From NCBI GenBank assembly GCA_010909165.1, contig MU008167.1, positions 868,001 through 932,000 on the forward strand: 64,000 nucleotides of DNA. The letters run 5' to 3'. Source of the stretch: Anthoceros angustus. Taxonomy: Eukaryota > Plantae > Anthocerotophyta. Positions 1 to 12,949 of the stretch are shown here, in pieces. Within the stretch, counting starts at the first letter, position 1. Each line of letters opens with the position of its first letter. Position numbers and translations under genes: made by a program. The notes under the pieces were generated by a model. The model did not search any database and was not told where the DNA came from. It saw only the letters and a program-made list of their open reading frames with translations.

Positions 1-173
1 CACCCGGTTCAACTAACATGTCTACTTCTAGATACAAGAGCGAAAAGTGAATAGAAGATATAGGGTTTCCATGTGAGCAATTCCTCATGTGCAAGAAGGG
101 TTCCATGCTTCTCATAAAAGAATTTGAATCTGTAGAGGAATGTCCCAAGTGTACAGCTCCAAGGTACAAGAAA
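1..173 (+). pseudogene. CACTA/EnSpm TnpD (Transposase_21-type) transposase remnant, 5' part
   Basis: Translates to IGFPCEQFLMCKKGSMLLIKEFESVEECPKCTAPRYKK, matching the C..C..CP.C...RYK motif upstream of Transposase_21; the reading continues after the insertion at 9697. Confidence 0.75.
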
Positions 174-271
174 TGAAGTGAACAGGAGACTTTATTATGA
201 AAAAGAGATGGGAAACCCATCTACCCACGAGAAGAGGAACAACCCTTATGAGGGCACCAGACCATAGGGGA

Positions 272-2396
272 CTAACCCCCGTTGTTGCCAGTTTTGTAAC
301 TGCCTATTGCACCAAGGATATCAAAATCGGGGATGCAAAAGGGCCTACCCACCACCGGTGCCAAAGAAACTGCCTGCCCTGCACTCGCCGTTGTCCTATA
401 TACCGCGTTGGCCAATGCTCGGTGCAGGGCGATGTACACCCATTGTCTGTAGAAAGCCACGATACATGAAAGAGGGAGGCCAACCCCGTTCCTACGGCTG
501 TGGTACTCCCTAGCACAGGTCTTAAGGAACGTAGAAAAGGCCTTGCCCACGGCCCCATAGATCTCGATGGCGAGGGGGATGAAGGCGTGCCCCTGCTGCA
601 TGGGAGAGTACTTACGAACCTTTGCCGTGGCACATCCCTCCGCTGCCCACCCCGGAGGGTTGAGGATCACATGCTCACTGACGGAATCCCGAGTAGGGTC
701 GGTGACAACCACATCTGTAACCGAAACCTGGTTCCTCTGGGCCAAAAAAAGGTTCGCCCGGAGGGAAACCCCATTAGGCAGAGTATAAGGGCGCTCCCTG
801 TAAGGAAAGAAGCCTCCCTCCTTGGCCAACGAAAATATGACATCGCGAACAGCGTCATGTTTAGCAATGCACTGCCTGCCCACGGGACAACGAGCAAGGT
901 GGGTACCCGAATCGTCGAGGAGCGCCCCACAGTTGCAAGCCTGGAGAGAGGAGGCCAAAAGCTCTGGATCCCCCAATTGGGAGAGATCACCGATATGTGC
1001 CAGGTCCTCCTCCAAAGCCGCATCCATGAATTCCTGTACGAAAATAAGGGGCCCCACTGGGACCCCTAAAACCCGCAAGCCCCGTGCAGAAACAATATCC
1101 CTCTGAGGATACTGAAGAGTTGGCACCTCGCCGGAGGGGGACCATACTCTGCACTTCGAAATCTTCACCTTCAGACCGAGGCGGGAGAGCTCCGAAGAGA
1201 ATAGATCAAAAGCCCCCTTGACCCGGTCACCAGGCCCCATGATATGGGTGTCGTCTGCCACCGAGGGATACAAAGAATCCCAAAAGGAGGAGGCAGTTAT
1301 GGACAAACCTCGGTAATGAGCCATGGCAAACAGAGTGGCCCCCAACGGATCCCCTTACCTAGTGCTAGCTGCTGAGGCCAACATCGATACCCCCTTGACA
1401 GCGGGCCCATGCTGATAGTAGAGATTTGAAGGGGACCCGTGAAAAGAGTGGACAAAAGGGATGAGGTTGGCTAGTAGCCCACCTGCAACCTTGAGCTCGT
1501 CAAAAATGGCCACCTTGGAGACTGTGTTAAAAGCATTTTCGACGTCCACCTGCAATGCCACAGGATGGGACTCCAAGATCGCCCTCACACTGAAAGCCAC
1601 GGACTCGCACCCCCCCGGAGTAGCTATGTCGAATTGGTGTGGGCTGAGTTGACCCTGTAATTGCTCCCAAAGTTGGATGGCAATGCTGCGACCAATTAAA
1701 CACAAAAACGCCTCCCCCACTATGGGAGAACCCTGAGGGTAGGCTTCTCCATAACCCATAGCCAACAAGCGACTGGCCCCTAACACTTGAGCAATCCGAA
1801 AGGAGGTCTCCCCCCTTGTCACCGCAGCCGCCAAAAGGAACAACTCCAAGAACCCACTAGAGCGATCCTCGGGCCGAAGACGGCCCTATCCAAGTAAAAG
1901 GACTCCTCAACGAAGTAGTCCCTGATGTCTGGCGAAATGGGGTCGCTCGACATCGGATGGAGGGCGTGAAGGGCCGAAAACACCACCTAGGGAGGAGAAG
2001 AAACAACGCCCAGGCAACCTTGTCCTGGGGATCTTGCACGAGACGCTCTAAAGCTAGGAGATAGGCAAGGCAGACATCATCTTGAAGGGGCCTCGGGAGG
2101 CGTCGAAATAGGCGAGGTCCGGAAAAGCGGGTCTCGTAGAGAGCCAAAAGATGATCAGCTTGTCTGTGAAGCCACTACCAGGACCCCAAAAGAGGTTCAG
2201 AGTGGGGATCTGGGCTTGAAGCTAGGGGAGCAGCAACAGAAGAAGAAGAAGACAACCGTAGTTGAGCCTCCCAGGTTGTTCGGTCGAAGTTCTTGTGAAC
2301 TAAACCGATGTGGTTCTTAACCCCCCGAGCCCTGAAAAGTCTTCCACAGACAAGGCAAGGGGTATCTCGGACGGAGGTCAAAGTAGAACGCCCCAT
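272..2396 (-). pseudogene. CRE-like polyprotein (C2H2 ZnF - RT - Zn knuckle - RLE), frameshifted and with internal deletions
   Basis: CLVCGRLFRARGVKNHIGLVH (2175-2396); LQVDVENAFNTVS (1355-1849); ADDTHI, GLRVLGVPVG, CNCG...HLARC...KHDAVRD, TDVVVTDP, AKVRKY, FIPLAIEIYG (272-1345). Confidence 0.85.
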
Positions 2397-2409
2397 GACG
2401 GAGTATACC

Positions 2410-2545
2410 TAAAAGAGAATCTAGAGAATACCCTTAAAGAGAATCTAGAGAAAACCCTAAAAGAGAACCTAGAGAAAACCCTTAAAGAGAACATAGAGGA
2501 AACCCCAAAAGAGAACCTAGGGAATACACTAAAGAAGAACCCACC
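2410..2545 (+). repeat. ~24-bp tandem repeat (AAAGAGAAYCTAGAGAAAACCCTT-like), about 6 copies, upstream of the CRE ORF
   Basis: Directly visible; translates to repeated LKENLEKT. Confidence 0.8.
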
Positions 2546-2737
2546 CGACTGTCCTCGTGGTGAGCCCCGCTAGATGTGTCCCTGGAGGGGCTTCACCAGA
2601 CGTATGGACGCCTTGCGCTGGCGGTTGTGCATCTCTACGCGGCTCGCACGGCCGCGCGATCCAGGGGCGCGTGGAGGTCCACATCGCGATCGAGGTGCAC
2701 CATGCGGCCCAAGCCAACTCCGCCACCGGCCCCCAAA

Positions 2738-5700
2738 CACTACTAGGAAACCATGCCCTTTACCACGGACTTTACAACGGGTTTTACAACAGGGTTACTA
2801 CTACAGTAGTAAAACGTCCGTAGTAAACACAAAGCGTTAATTTTCGTGGTAATGTTCCCATACCGTATACCGGGCTATATACTATAATTTAATACGGCAT
2901 GTATACGGAGTAATTTATTTATATATAAGGTTAGTACGGACCTATAGTTTACTTTACTACATAAATTAACCCCAATTTTTACTACGGGTGTAAAACGTAT
3001 AAACCTAGATCACCTGTTAATAAACCAAGGTTTGTTAACTAGTGTTAATTAACCATGATTTATTAACTGGTATTATTTAACCTATGGTTTGTTAACTGGG
3101 GTCTCTTTTAAAACGTCTGTAGTAAAATATCATGTAGTAAAACGTATAGTAAAATGCCATGTAGTAAAAGTAATAAAATGCCATGTAGTAGTAAAATGCC
3201 ATGTAGTAAAAATAAACACCTATAGTAAAACTTTGTAGTAAAAGCTCTGCAGGAAACCACTTGTAGTGCATACTACAAGGGTTTCCAGTTGCTTTAAACT
3301 AGAAAAAAGGCAATAGTAAAACATCCCTAGTATAAGTAGCTTAGAGTTTAGGGTGTTTGGGAGTATGTTGACAAAAAATGGCCAGAATCTACTATCCAGA
3401 CCAGATCACGCAACTATTCTACACTCGAGTCTTTAGCTCATCCCTACATTCCACTAGGTGCAATTCCTGTCATCTCCACCAGCTGCGCAACTCTAATGCA
3501 TGGCCCCAAGAATAATCCAACTTCCAAAAAAGGATGCCATTAGGAAATTCAGAACAAGCATAGACAAACAGAGGTTGTCTCGCAACACGAACCAAAACTC
3601 TCACCTAAAGCAGGCTTATGCATCCTCAACAGTCTCAGCATCCTTCGCCAATTTGCGGGGAAGATAATCCCTCACCATCCACCCATCATCAGCAACATTT
3701 AGCTTCATGATGGCTTCCATGATCTTCCCGTCGCATTCATCGATTAGGTATCCGCCTCCTTCAACATGTCCCACACCACAATAGCCTTCTCCTTCTCCCC
3801 ATTTGCCCCAACCTCGGACCCAACTCTGTCCGGTTTGGACTCCTCAAAACACTCTCGACAGCCAAGACCCATGATTGCTACCTCGCCTTTATCTCATCCG
3901 AGGCTTGGTTCCCTCATGTACTTTGCTCTAAACCTCTGCGAAACCCCTTGACCACCATATCCAAAGCAAGAATATGTATTGCTTCCTACCTCCTTCATCC
4001 CTCATGGCGGCCAGTTTTCTTGACTAGGGCCACAACTCCGCTTATCTTGTCTTGCTCCTCCTTCAAAAACACATCCCAATACTCTTGCTTCACACCTTTC
4101 GGGACATACTGGGGGTTAGACTTCTTCCCTTGCAAAAAATAACGGGCCTCCTTTCTAACATTGTTCCTCCAATACTTCAAATTAGTGCTCAAAAACTGCA
4201 AGACAATAGGCTGAAACTCCCATGGCCCAGTCATAGTTTGCCTGATACACGTCTCAACATGAAGCTGGGTGGCGTCTGTTTGTTTCCAAAAGGGATGTAT
4301 GAGTGGATTGCATATGTACCGGACATAAAATGGACTCATCCTTCATGGGTATGAATGAGGGACTCTCTTGGTATATAAACCACGAAAACACGAGGAGTTG
4401 CAGCAAGATTAGTACTATGACACCAAAGTTAGAGTTTAATCGGGCTAATTCGGTCTTCAAAACAGCTTAGCACAATGACAACGTTAACGAGTTTGATGGG
4501 CTGTGAGCGTGGCATTATCATGGTTGTTTGACACAAGCGACCAGCTTGAAACAGCAAGGCGTGAAACGGGGATGAAATTTAATTCCTGCACACACGGCCA
4601 CCATTCTGATCTTACAATAAAAACCATAATAAGAGCTACAAACTAGCGTGCTTACCAAAGGGGTGCAAATGTGAAGGAAGCACTTCGTGACAGATATCGT
4701 GAACCCTCTTCCGCTTTGGGCCTCTCTTTCCCTTCACCTCCACATCGCGGCATTCAAGTGGAATGGTGTCTGCATCGTCTTCTACATCACGACATTCAGT
4801 TGGAAGGGTGTCCAGATTTTCCTCCACATTGCGGCATTCCCCAATGAAGCCACCTGCATCCGGATATTCAGCATTCAACTTTGTTAGAATTGGCGGGATG
4901 GCGGCCGCAGGTTTTGGGCCTCTCTTTCCTTCACCTCCACATCGCGGCATTCAACTTTGTTAGAATTGGCGGGATGGCGGCCGCAGGTTTTGGGCCTCTC
5001 TTTCCTTCACCTCCACATTGCGGCATTCCCCAATGAAGCCACACATCCAGGTTCTTGTCAAGCGCAACCAACTTTGGGTCCGGACCGGTCATCCTCATGT
5101 ACTTTGCTCTAAACCTCTGCGAAACCGGTTGTGTTGCTTGTGATTCGACGCCACCAACCCATGCACGGAAATCGACATCGTAACGCCCGGGCATAGATCC
5201 GGCTTGTTTGCTTCACTTTGCGGCGCCCTTCTTCGTCGACAACCGAATCGGACTGGCGTCTTCCTCGAACGGGACGCTCCTCGTCCACGGCATCCTTCGC
5301 CAATTTGCGGGAAGATAATCCCTCACCATCCACCCATCATCGCAACATTTAGCTTCATGATGGCTTCCATGATCTTCCGTCGCATTCATCGATTAGGTAT
5401 CCGCCTCCTTCAACATGTCCCACACCACAATAGCCTTCTCCTTCTCCCCATTTGCCCCAACCTCGGACCCAACTCTGTCCGGTTTGGACTCCTCAAAACA
5501 CTCTCGGCTTCCAGCCAAGACCCATGATTGCTACCTCAGCCTTTATCTCATCCGAGGCTTGGTTCCCTCATGTACTTTGCTCTAAACCTGCGAAACCCCT
5601 TGACCACCATATCCAAAGCAAGAATATGTATTGCTTCCTACCTCCTTCATCCGCTCATGGCGGCCAGTTTTCTTGACTAGACAACTCCGCTTATCTTGTC

Positions 5701-8700
5701 TTGCTCCTCCTTCAAAACACATCCCAATACTCTTGCTTCACACCTTTGGGACATCTTGGGGTTAGACTTCTTCCAAAAAATAACGGGCCTCCTTTCTAAC
5801 ATTGTTCCTCCAATACTTCAAATTAGTGCTCAAAAGCGCAAGACAATAGGCTGAAACTCCCATGGCCCAGTCATAGTTTGCACGATACTCTCAACATGAA
5901 GGGTGGCGTCTGTTTGTTTCAAAAGGGATATATGAGTGGATTGCATATGTACCGGACATAAAATGGACTACATCCTTCATGGGTATGAATGAGGGACTCT
6001 CTTGGTATATAAACCACGAAAACACGAGGAGTTGCAGCAAGATTAGTACTATGACACCGATAAAGTTAGAGTTTAATCGGGCTAATTCGGTCTTCAAGCG
6101 AGCTTAGCACAATGACAACGTTAACGAGTTTGATGGGCTGTGAGCGTGGCATTATCATGGTATTTCGAGCTGGCGGCCGAACTTCAAAACAGCAAGGCGT
6201 GAAAGCAGGATGAAATTTAATTCCACACACACACGGCCACCATTATCTTACAATAAAAACCATAATAAGAGCTACAAACTAGCGTGCTTACCAAAGGGTG
6301 CAAATGTGAAGCACTTCGTGGCGGATATCGTGAACCCTCTTCCGCTTTGGGCCTCTCTTTCCTTCACCTCCACATCGCGGCATTCAAGTGGAATGGTGTA
6401 TGCGCATCTTCTACATCACGACATTGATTGGAAGGGTGTCCATTTTCCTCCACATTGCGGCATTCCCCAATGAAGCCACCGCATCCGGATATTCAGCATT
6501 CAACTTTGTTAGAATTGGCAGGCTCAGATGCATCTTCGGGCAGGTTCTCGTGGTTCGCACCTTCACATGGCGAACGAAATTCTACGCTTGGTTTTAGGAC
6601 CGCGGTACACGGCATTGCGCCATGTGCTTCGTTCTCAAAGTTCGGTGGAGCATCGCCCAGCCCCATCATTCTCAATCAAGGCATCGTGGTTGCCGACGAG
6701 GTAACCTCTATTGTCGCATCTGCGAAACCGGTTGTGTTGCTTGTGATTCGACGCCACCAACCCATGTTGTAAATCGGGCATGTAGTAAATTCCATGGAAA
6801 CCCCGAGACTCAAGGAAAATCCGACATTCGGTTGGAAGGGTGTCCATTTTCCTCCACATTGCGGCATTCCCCAATGAAGCCACACATCCAGGTTCTTGTC
6901 AAGCGCAACCAACTTTGGGTCCGGACCGGTCATCCCTCCACGGTTGCCTCCACGGTTGCCTCCACGGCATCCTCATCGAAACCTTGTCCGCATACCATGC
7001 CTCACCACATCCAGGATATTGACATTCAACTTTGTTAGAATTGGCGGGATGGCGGCCGCAGGTTTTGGCGGGATGGCGGACGGGTTTTGGGCGCGACTCT
7101 GGAACATGTGAGAACCCACGGCCACGCTTGCTCGCGCCATCTTGGCTACTCCAGCGCTCTTCCATGGCCATCGCCACCTAAACGCCATCAAGGACACATT
7201 TGGGATGCATCTCTTTTTCCCATTGCCCGTTCGCGCCGCGAAACCCCAGCCTCCAAGCCCGTTTCTTTGTGAGCTCTACATCCTCATTGTTCCCTCTGAG
7301 ACATAGACATCTTCCGTGATTCTTTAACCTTCCGCCAGTGCCCTTTAATCTCTCGGGGTTGGTCCGAGTAAATTGGCACCACATCCGGTTCTTGTCAGCG
7401 CAACCAACTTTGGGTCCGGACCGGTCATCCCTCCACAGTTGCCTCCACGACATCTCGGCAACCATTGCCACCGTCGCCCGTCAGTGTCCTTGTTCGCCTC
7501 TGCGCTGCCTTTCGATCTTCTGCGATTTTGGCATCTGGACCCATGGTTGGTTGTGATTAACAAGAGCAATGGAAAAACGGCATGCCCATGCTTGAAGCTT
7601 GAAATGGAAGAGCGCGCATCTGCTATAAAACTTGCATCCTTACCCTAAGTCCTAAAGTCTCCAAAAGAGGTGATGTGGCTTCAATCCTAAATCTGCCGTT
7701 TGAATTCCGTTTGCTGCCAAGTGCCCTCGTAACCCAATTGTGGCTGTTATCTCTACCAGCGTGAATGCGGCATCAATTGAGTAGACCCGCCCAGCGGTTA
7801 TTGCCGTTCGCGCCGAAAGCCTCCTTGAAGCCCGTTTCTTTGTGAGCTCTACATCCTCATTTGTTCCCTCTGAGACATAGACATCTTCCGTGATTCTTTA
7901 ACCTTCCTTGGTGCCCTTTAATCTCTCGGGGTTGGTCAGGAAGTAAATTGCACCACATCCGGAGTTCTTGTCAGCGCCAACTTTGGGTCGAGACCGGTCA
8001 TCCCTCCACGTTGCCTCCACGACATCTCGGCAACCATTGCCACCGTCGCCGTCAGTGTCCTTGTTATCTGCTTTTTCGATCTTCTGCGATTTTGGCATCT
8101 GGACCCATGGTTGGTTGTGATTAACAAGAGCAATGGAAGAGCGGCATGCCCATGCTTGAAGCTTGAAATGGAGAAAACGCATCTGCTATAAAACTTGCAT
8201 CCTTACCCTAAGTCCTAAAGTCTCCAAAAGAGGGTGATGTGGCTTCAATCCTAAATCTGCCGTTTGCTGACGCCAAGTGCCCTCGGTAACCATGTAGCTG
8301 GCTGTCTCTACCAGCGTGGTGCGGCATCAATTGAGTAGACCCGCCCAGCGGTTCGCTGCCATTTAGGGTTTTAGGGGTTTTGGCGGGCGTGGTGTGTGAG
8401 TTCGCGGATACCATCCCTACATCCACCGCTTTCTTGCCGTTTGAATTCCGTTTGCTTGTATTTATCATATGTAGTTTTATATTGTCCTTGAGCCATGGGA
8501 AAAGAACCTTGATCTCGGTCGCCGTTCTCTGTAGCAAAGGCAAGGAACCTTAATTATTTTTGTCCTCGGGCCATGGTAAAGGGCATCGATCAGCGGCCTC
8601 GCCGTTTTTCAGCAACAGGCCCGAGAAACCCTATCGATGCTTGTCCTCGGGCCTCGGTAATCCTAGAATATAACCTATCTATCGACCATGGTAAAAATAA

Positions 8701-9400
8701 ATTCCATGGAAACCCCGAGACTCAAGGAAAGGAAATCCGACATAAAGGCCTTGTGAGAACCCTTTTAATGGGCGTTGCCTTTGGAGATAGATTCAATCTT
8801 TGGAATTGATGCCAAGTGGGCCGAGATACTCATGGGTGAATGACGACACCATCGCCTTCTATGGGATGCCATAAAGGCGCGTTTGTAAACCCCATTAGTG
8901 TGAGCATATATAGGGTGTGCAAATTAGGGTTTGTGGCAAGCCTAAAAATTAAAAAAAGCCATCTTGTAATGCTTTTGATAACTTAGTAAAAGACAGCCCG
9001 TTGTAAATCCAGGCATGTAGTAAAAAAATATAGCTGGATAGTAAATAAGAGTCTTAGGAAAAGGTAAACTTTCACTGTAAAACACTTCTAAACCTGAAAA
9101 ATTAACCCACCAGTAAAACTCCAGGTAGTAAATTCCATACTTGCGTAGTAAAATTTTCTATCTTGTTGTGATCCAAAATTGCCTTCGTATCAAGAGACTT
9201 TCGCCACTGCCACGTAATCGTATTGAGTCGCGGCGAAACCCAATCGTAGTAAAACACCGCAACCCATGTTGTAAAGTCTAGTTGTATACTTCAGGAGAAT
9301 CATTCGGCAAATAAAGCCCTGTAGTAAAACGAACAGGTGCTCCGCTCTCTCATCTCTCTAAAAAACAGACGTTAGTAAAGGGCATGGTTTCCTAGTAGTG
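2738..9400. mobile_element. CACTA element 1 (non-autonomous, 6.7 kb)
   Basis: Perfect 26-bp TIR CACTACTAGGAAACCATGCCCTTTAC at 2738-2763 and 9375-9400; 3-bp TSD AAA (2735-2737 / 9401-9403); subterminal TAGTAAAA/TTGTAAA arrays at both ends. Confidence 0.95.
3600..4340 (-). pseudogene. CACTA accessory (TnpA-like) protein remnant, duplicated at ~5290-5990
   Basis: VRYICNPLIHPFW...LKYWRNNVRKEARYFLQGKK...EYWDVFLKEEQDK...YSCFGYGGQ is homologous to ORFs in CACTA elements 2 and 3. The TnpA-like label is inference. Confidence 0.55.
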
Positions 9401-9696
9401 AAAATTGCCGCGCGGCATGACCCTAGGCGTCACGTGGCCCAAACCACCGCGGGCGCACCGTCTGTGCTCGTAGCTGGCGGCCGACCCTAGGCCTCCGCGT
9501 GGCTCGCGCCCATCTGTCAGGCCCTATTTCAGTGCGGTCGAGAGCCTCTGGGCCAGTGACCAGCGCCGCCAAGCCCTAGAGTGCCATGCGTCTGGCCCAC
9601 TTCCGCTCCCCGCACCGCTTCACGCGAGCCGCCCAGTCCGCCGCTCCTCGTCCGTATCGCTCTCACGGTAGGCGAAGGTGAAGAAGGTACAAGAAA

Positions 9697-10760
9697 GGAG
9701 AGGTTAAAGAACCTTTCAAAGTCTTCAGGTACTTCCCCGTGATCCCTAGGCTACTGCATGTGCAATATTTCAACAATCCTATTGTCTCTCCTTTGACGAG
9801 TTGTGGTGCCAATGCTCAAAGTAAAGATGGCCAAGTTTATGTTACAAGTGATTGTAAAGCTTGGAAGCAAATTGATGTAACATGCCTGAATTGGGCAAAG
9901 AAGCAAGGAACATCTGCATGGGTGTTGCAATTGACAGTATGAATCTGTTTGACAAGGGCACGTTTCATGCATGTTTCCCTATCATGCTCATACTGTATAA
10001 CCTCTCACCTGAGCTTGTCTCAAAAGATAAATATCATGATATTATCATCCTTGGTACTAGGCAAAAAGCAAGTGAAAGACCTAGATATTTTCTTAGAATC
10101 TTCACTTGAGGAGCTACAAAAGCTATGGCAAGGGACTCTAGCGTATGATATTCGAAGCCTGTTGACCAAAGGCGTTTCATCTTGAGAGACATCATCATTT
10201 GGTATATCCATGATTTCATTAGGTATGGAAAGGTAGCTGGATGTTCAATACAAGGATATTATGAGTGTCTTATTTGTACTTCCGAGTAAGATGTTAGACG
10301 AACTTGCTCTGCATACAGAACTTTTCACTGGTAATTAGAGATGGTTGAGAGCACATCACTCTTGGAGACCCTCGTCAATGTTCCATCACAACCGGTTACC
10401 TCAGCTTAGCAGTGGTCCACCCAAGCTAAGTGCTGAAAGTTGGTTGTAGGAGCCCCCCGTGAAATGTGCTTCTATCTTCTACGATCTACCTTATTGGCCT
10501 AAATCACTCATTACTGGCTTTTTGTAACTGGTAGATACCATGACTTATCTAACATGTCACTTAGTAAAGGTAATTGAGTTGTGTGGTGTTGTACGCAACC
10601 GGACCATGTCCCCAGTGGAACGCAATTCAAGGTTTTGAAGCGGGCTTTGAAGAATATGGCAAGACCTGAGGCAAACATGGCTAAGTTTTATACGCTCCGT
10701 GAAACTATTCTGCATGTCACATATGTATTAAGAGTTTCCACTCTCAGAGGATTGCTTCCA
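9697..10760 (+). pseudogene. CACTA/EnSpm TnpD transposase remnant, 3' part (Transposase_21 + DUF4218-like)
   Basis: PFKVFRYFPVIPRL; DCKAWKQID; EARNICMGVAIDSMNLF; LYNLSPEL; DLDIFLESSLEELQKLWQG; HDFIRYGKVAGCSIQGYYECLIC; KVLKRALKNMARPEANMAKFY; multiple frameshifts and stops. Confidence 0.85.
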
Positions 10761-11009
10761 ACCTAATAAGGGAAGGATGAGAATATGGGACCAATTGTCA
10801 AGGGTGCGAAGACGAAGACTTGGCTCCTAGAAAACTTGAAGAATTGATCAAGCTCACAACTATGTGCTACAAAATTGTAAGGAGTTGGAAATCTGATATG
10901 AAAGAGATCCTGAAGTGCTTGCATCTAATCCTCATAAAGCAAAGACAAGTTCATCTCATTAATAAATCACTTCATCCTTCTATGAGTGGATCCAACATGC
11001 TCTAGAATA

Positions 11010-11947
11010 AGCTCACAAGGAAGGGATGAATATCCATGATGATGTCTGGACAATATGCCTAGGGTTTACAAGATGCAACAGGTACTTGAGAATGAAGGTA
11101 AATGTATTGTGTTTAGGAAGTGAACGAGGGCAAGGAAACTTGAGAATGAAGGTAAATGTATTGTGTTTAGGAAGTGAACGAGGGCAAGGAAACTTGTAAT
11201 TGCACAGTCGCGGCCATGTTTGATATGGTACTAAAGGAGCAAGTTGGATGTGAAGGGACGAAGCTATATCTTTCTCGGACATTGAATCGATACGAGGCTT
11301 ACAAGCTCTATGACCCCGTAACCAAGAGCAGTGATGTCATCTTTGTGGAGCAATTATGCTCATCAAGCAACAGACACGAGAGCATCTTCAAAGGAGCTAG
11401 AAGCCCGCCACTCGTCAAACCCTAATTTGGAAGAGGACCAAGATAAAGACAATGGAGAATACGGAGAGCATACTAACCACGGAGGAGGCCGCAACAATGA
11501 TGCAATTGGAGGACATGATGGTGTAGAAGAAATCATGCCCCGATCATCGTGGAGGGGGAGCCCAATCATGGCAACCTAATTGCTGAGGAGCCTACACCGA
11601 ACACCTGACCTAGGCGCACAAGGAAACTGACTCCTCGTTACTTGGAGTCTTAAGCTCATGAAGCTCTCATGATAATCTTGGTCGCGGATGGACGCATTCT
11701 TGAGCCATCAACCCTAGCGGAGGCCCTATTTGGCCCCGAGGCTGCAAAGTGGCGTAAGGCCATCACTCATGATACAATTCTTTGCTGGAGAATAAAACTT
11801 AGACCTTGATCCCACTTTCCGTACACCGTCATTGCACTCACAGCAGCAAACGACCTCCTTCTCCATGAAAGGGATGTGAAGTGTGCCTTTCTCAATGGCG
11901 ACCTACACAAGGAGCTCTTCATGAAGCAACCAGAGGGGTATGAAGTG
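11010..11947 (+). mobile_element. Ty1/Copia pol remnant (integrase C-terminus to RT N-terminus), 5' part
   Basis: YEAYKLYDPVTKSSDVIFVE; EPSTLAEALFGPEAAKWRKAI; ENKT*TL; DVKCAFLNGDLHKELFMKQPEGYEV. Start coordinate approximate. Confidence 0.85.
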
Positions 11948-12949
11948 CACTACTAGGAAAACGGGTCTTTTACAACGAAAATAACAACGGCAATTACTAC
12001 GACTTTACGACGTCCGTTGTAAAACCCTCATAGTAAACACACCTTAATAATATCCGAAGTAAGGATTCATACTAATTATACGATGGCTATACCCTATATT
12101 ATATACGGTATTGTCACGGTATCGTTATGCGACTTAAGCGGTGGTCCGTATAGTGGTTAACCTTTACAGACGCCTTTACTACGGACAATACTACGATGCA
12201 CTGCGCGTTTTACAACTTCACTAACCATAGTTAATATATTATAGTTAAGTAATCAAGGTTACTTGACTATAGTTTACAAACTAGGATTAAGTAATTGTTG
12301 TTACATGACCCCATACTGATTGGTGTTAAGTAATCACGGTTAATTAAACTCAATGGTCTCTATAAAGTACCTTGTTGTAAATGTCCGTTGTCAAGGTGCG
12401 ATCCCTTTACAACGGACTTTTAAACCTTGATGTAAAGGGGTCATTGTAAATGTGTTAATCCTTTACAACGACCCCTGTTGTAAAGGAACCCAGTTGTAAA
12501 GGGTTCGTAGTAAAAGGGCTAAACCCTTTACAACGACCCCTGTTGTAATGGAACCTTGTTGTAAAGTAATGGGATTAGGATTAGGGTCCTTTGTAAAAGT
12601 GTTGTGTGTGAACTAAAACCAATTCGATGTAAATCCACGGAGGTCTACTATATAAACATCCACCTACAGCACCCAAAACGTCACCTACGACCCCCACTAG
12701 GACCATTTTCGCCCACAATCACGCATACAAATCTAACTGCAAGAAGGTAAACCATTTCCGAATTGTTTGGGAGAAAGGCAGCGCAACATGGCCTACATCC
12801 TACAATTCACGAATTCACGTCCTTGGCCTCCACCACACAACAGCCTAAGCGGGCTGAAGGCAGTCCATCTGCGGAAGACATCCCATCACGATATCGGCAC
12901 AAACAATTGCTGTGCATTCGGCTACAAAATGTTTGTTGGATGTAGGAGT

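Larger units (their letters stand above)
174..9683 (-). mobile_element. CRE-like (RLE-endonuclease) non-LTR retrotransposon, both ends present, interrupted by CACTA element 1
   Basis: 13-bp TSD AAGGTACAAGAAA at 161-173 and 9684-9696. Minus-strand C2H2 finger, RT, Zn knuckle and restriction-like endonuclease. AATAAA on minus strand at 191-196. GC-rich 5' region 9404-9683. Confidence 0.85.
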
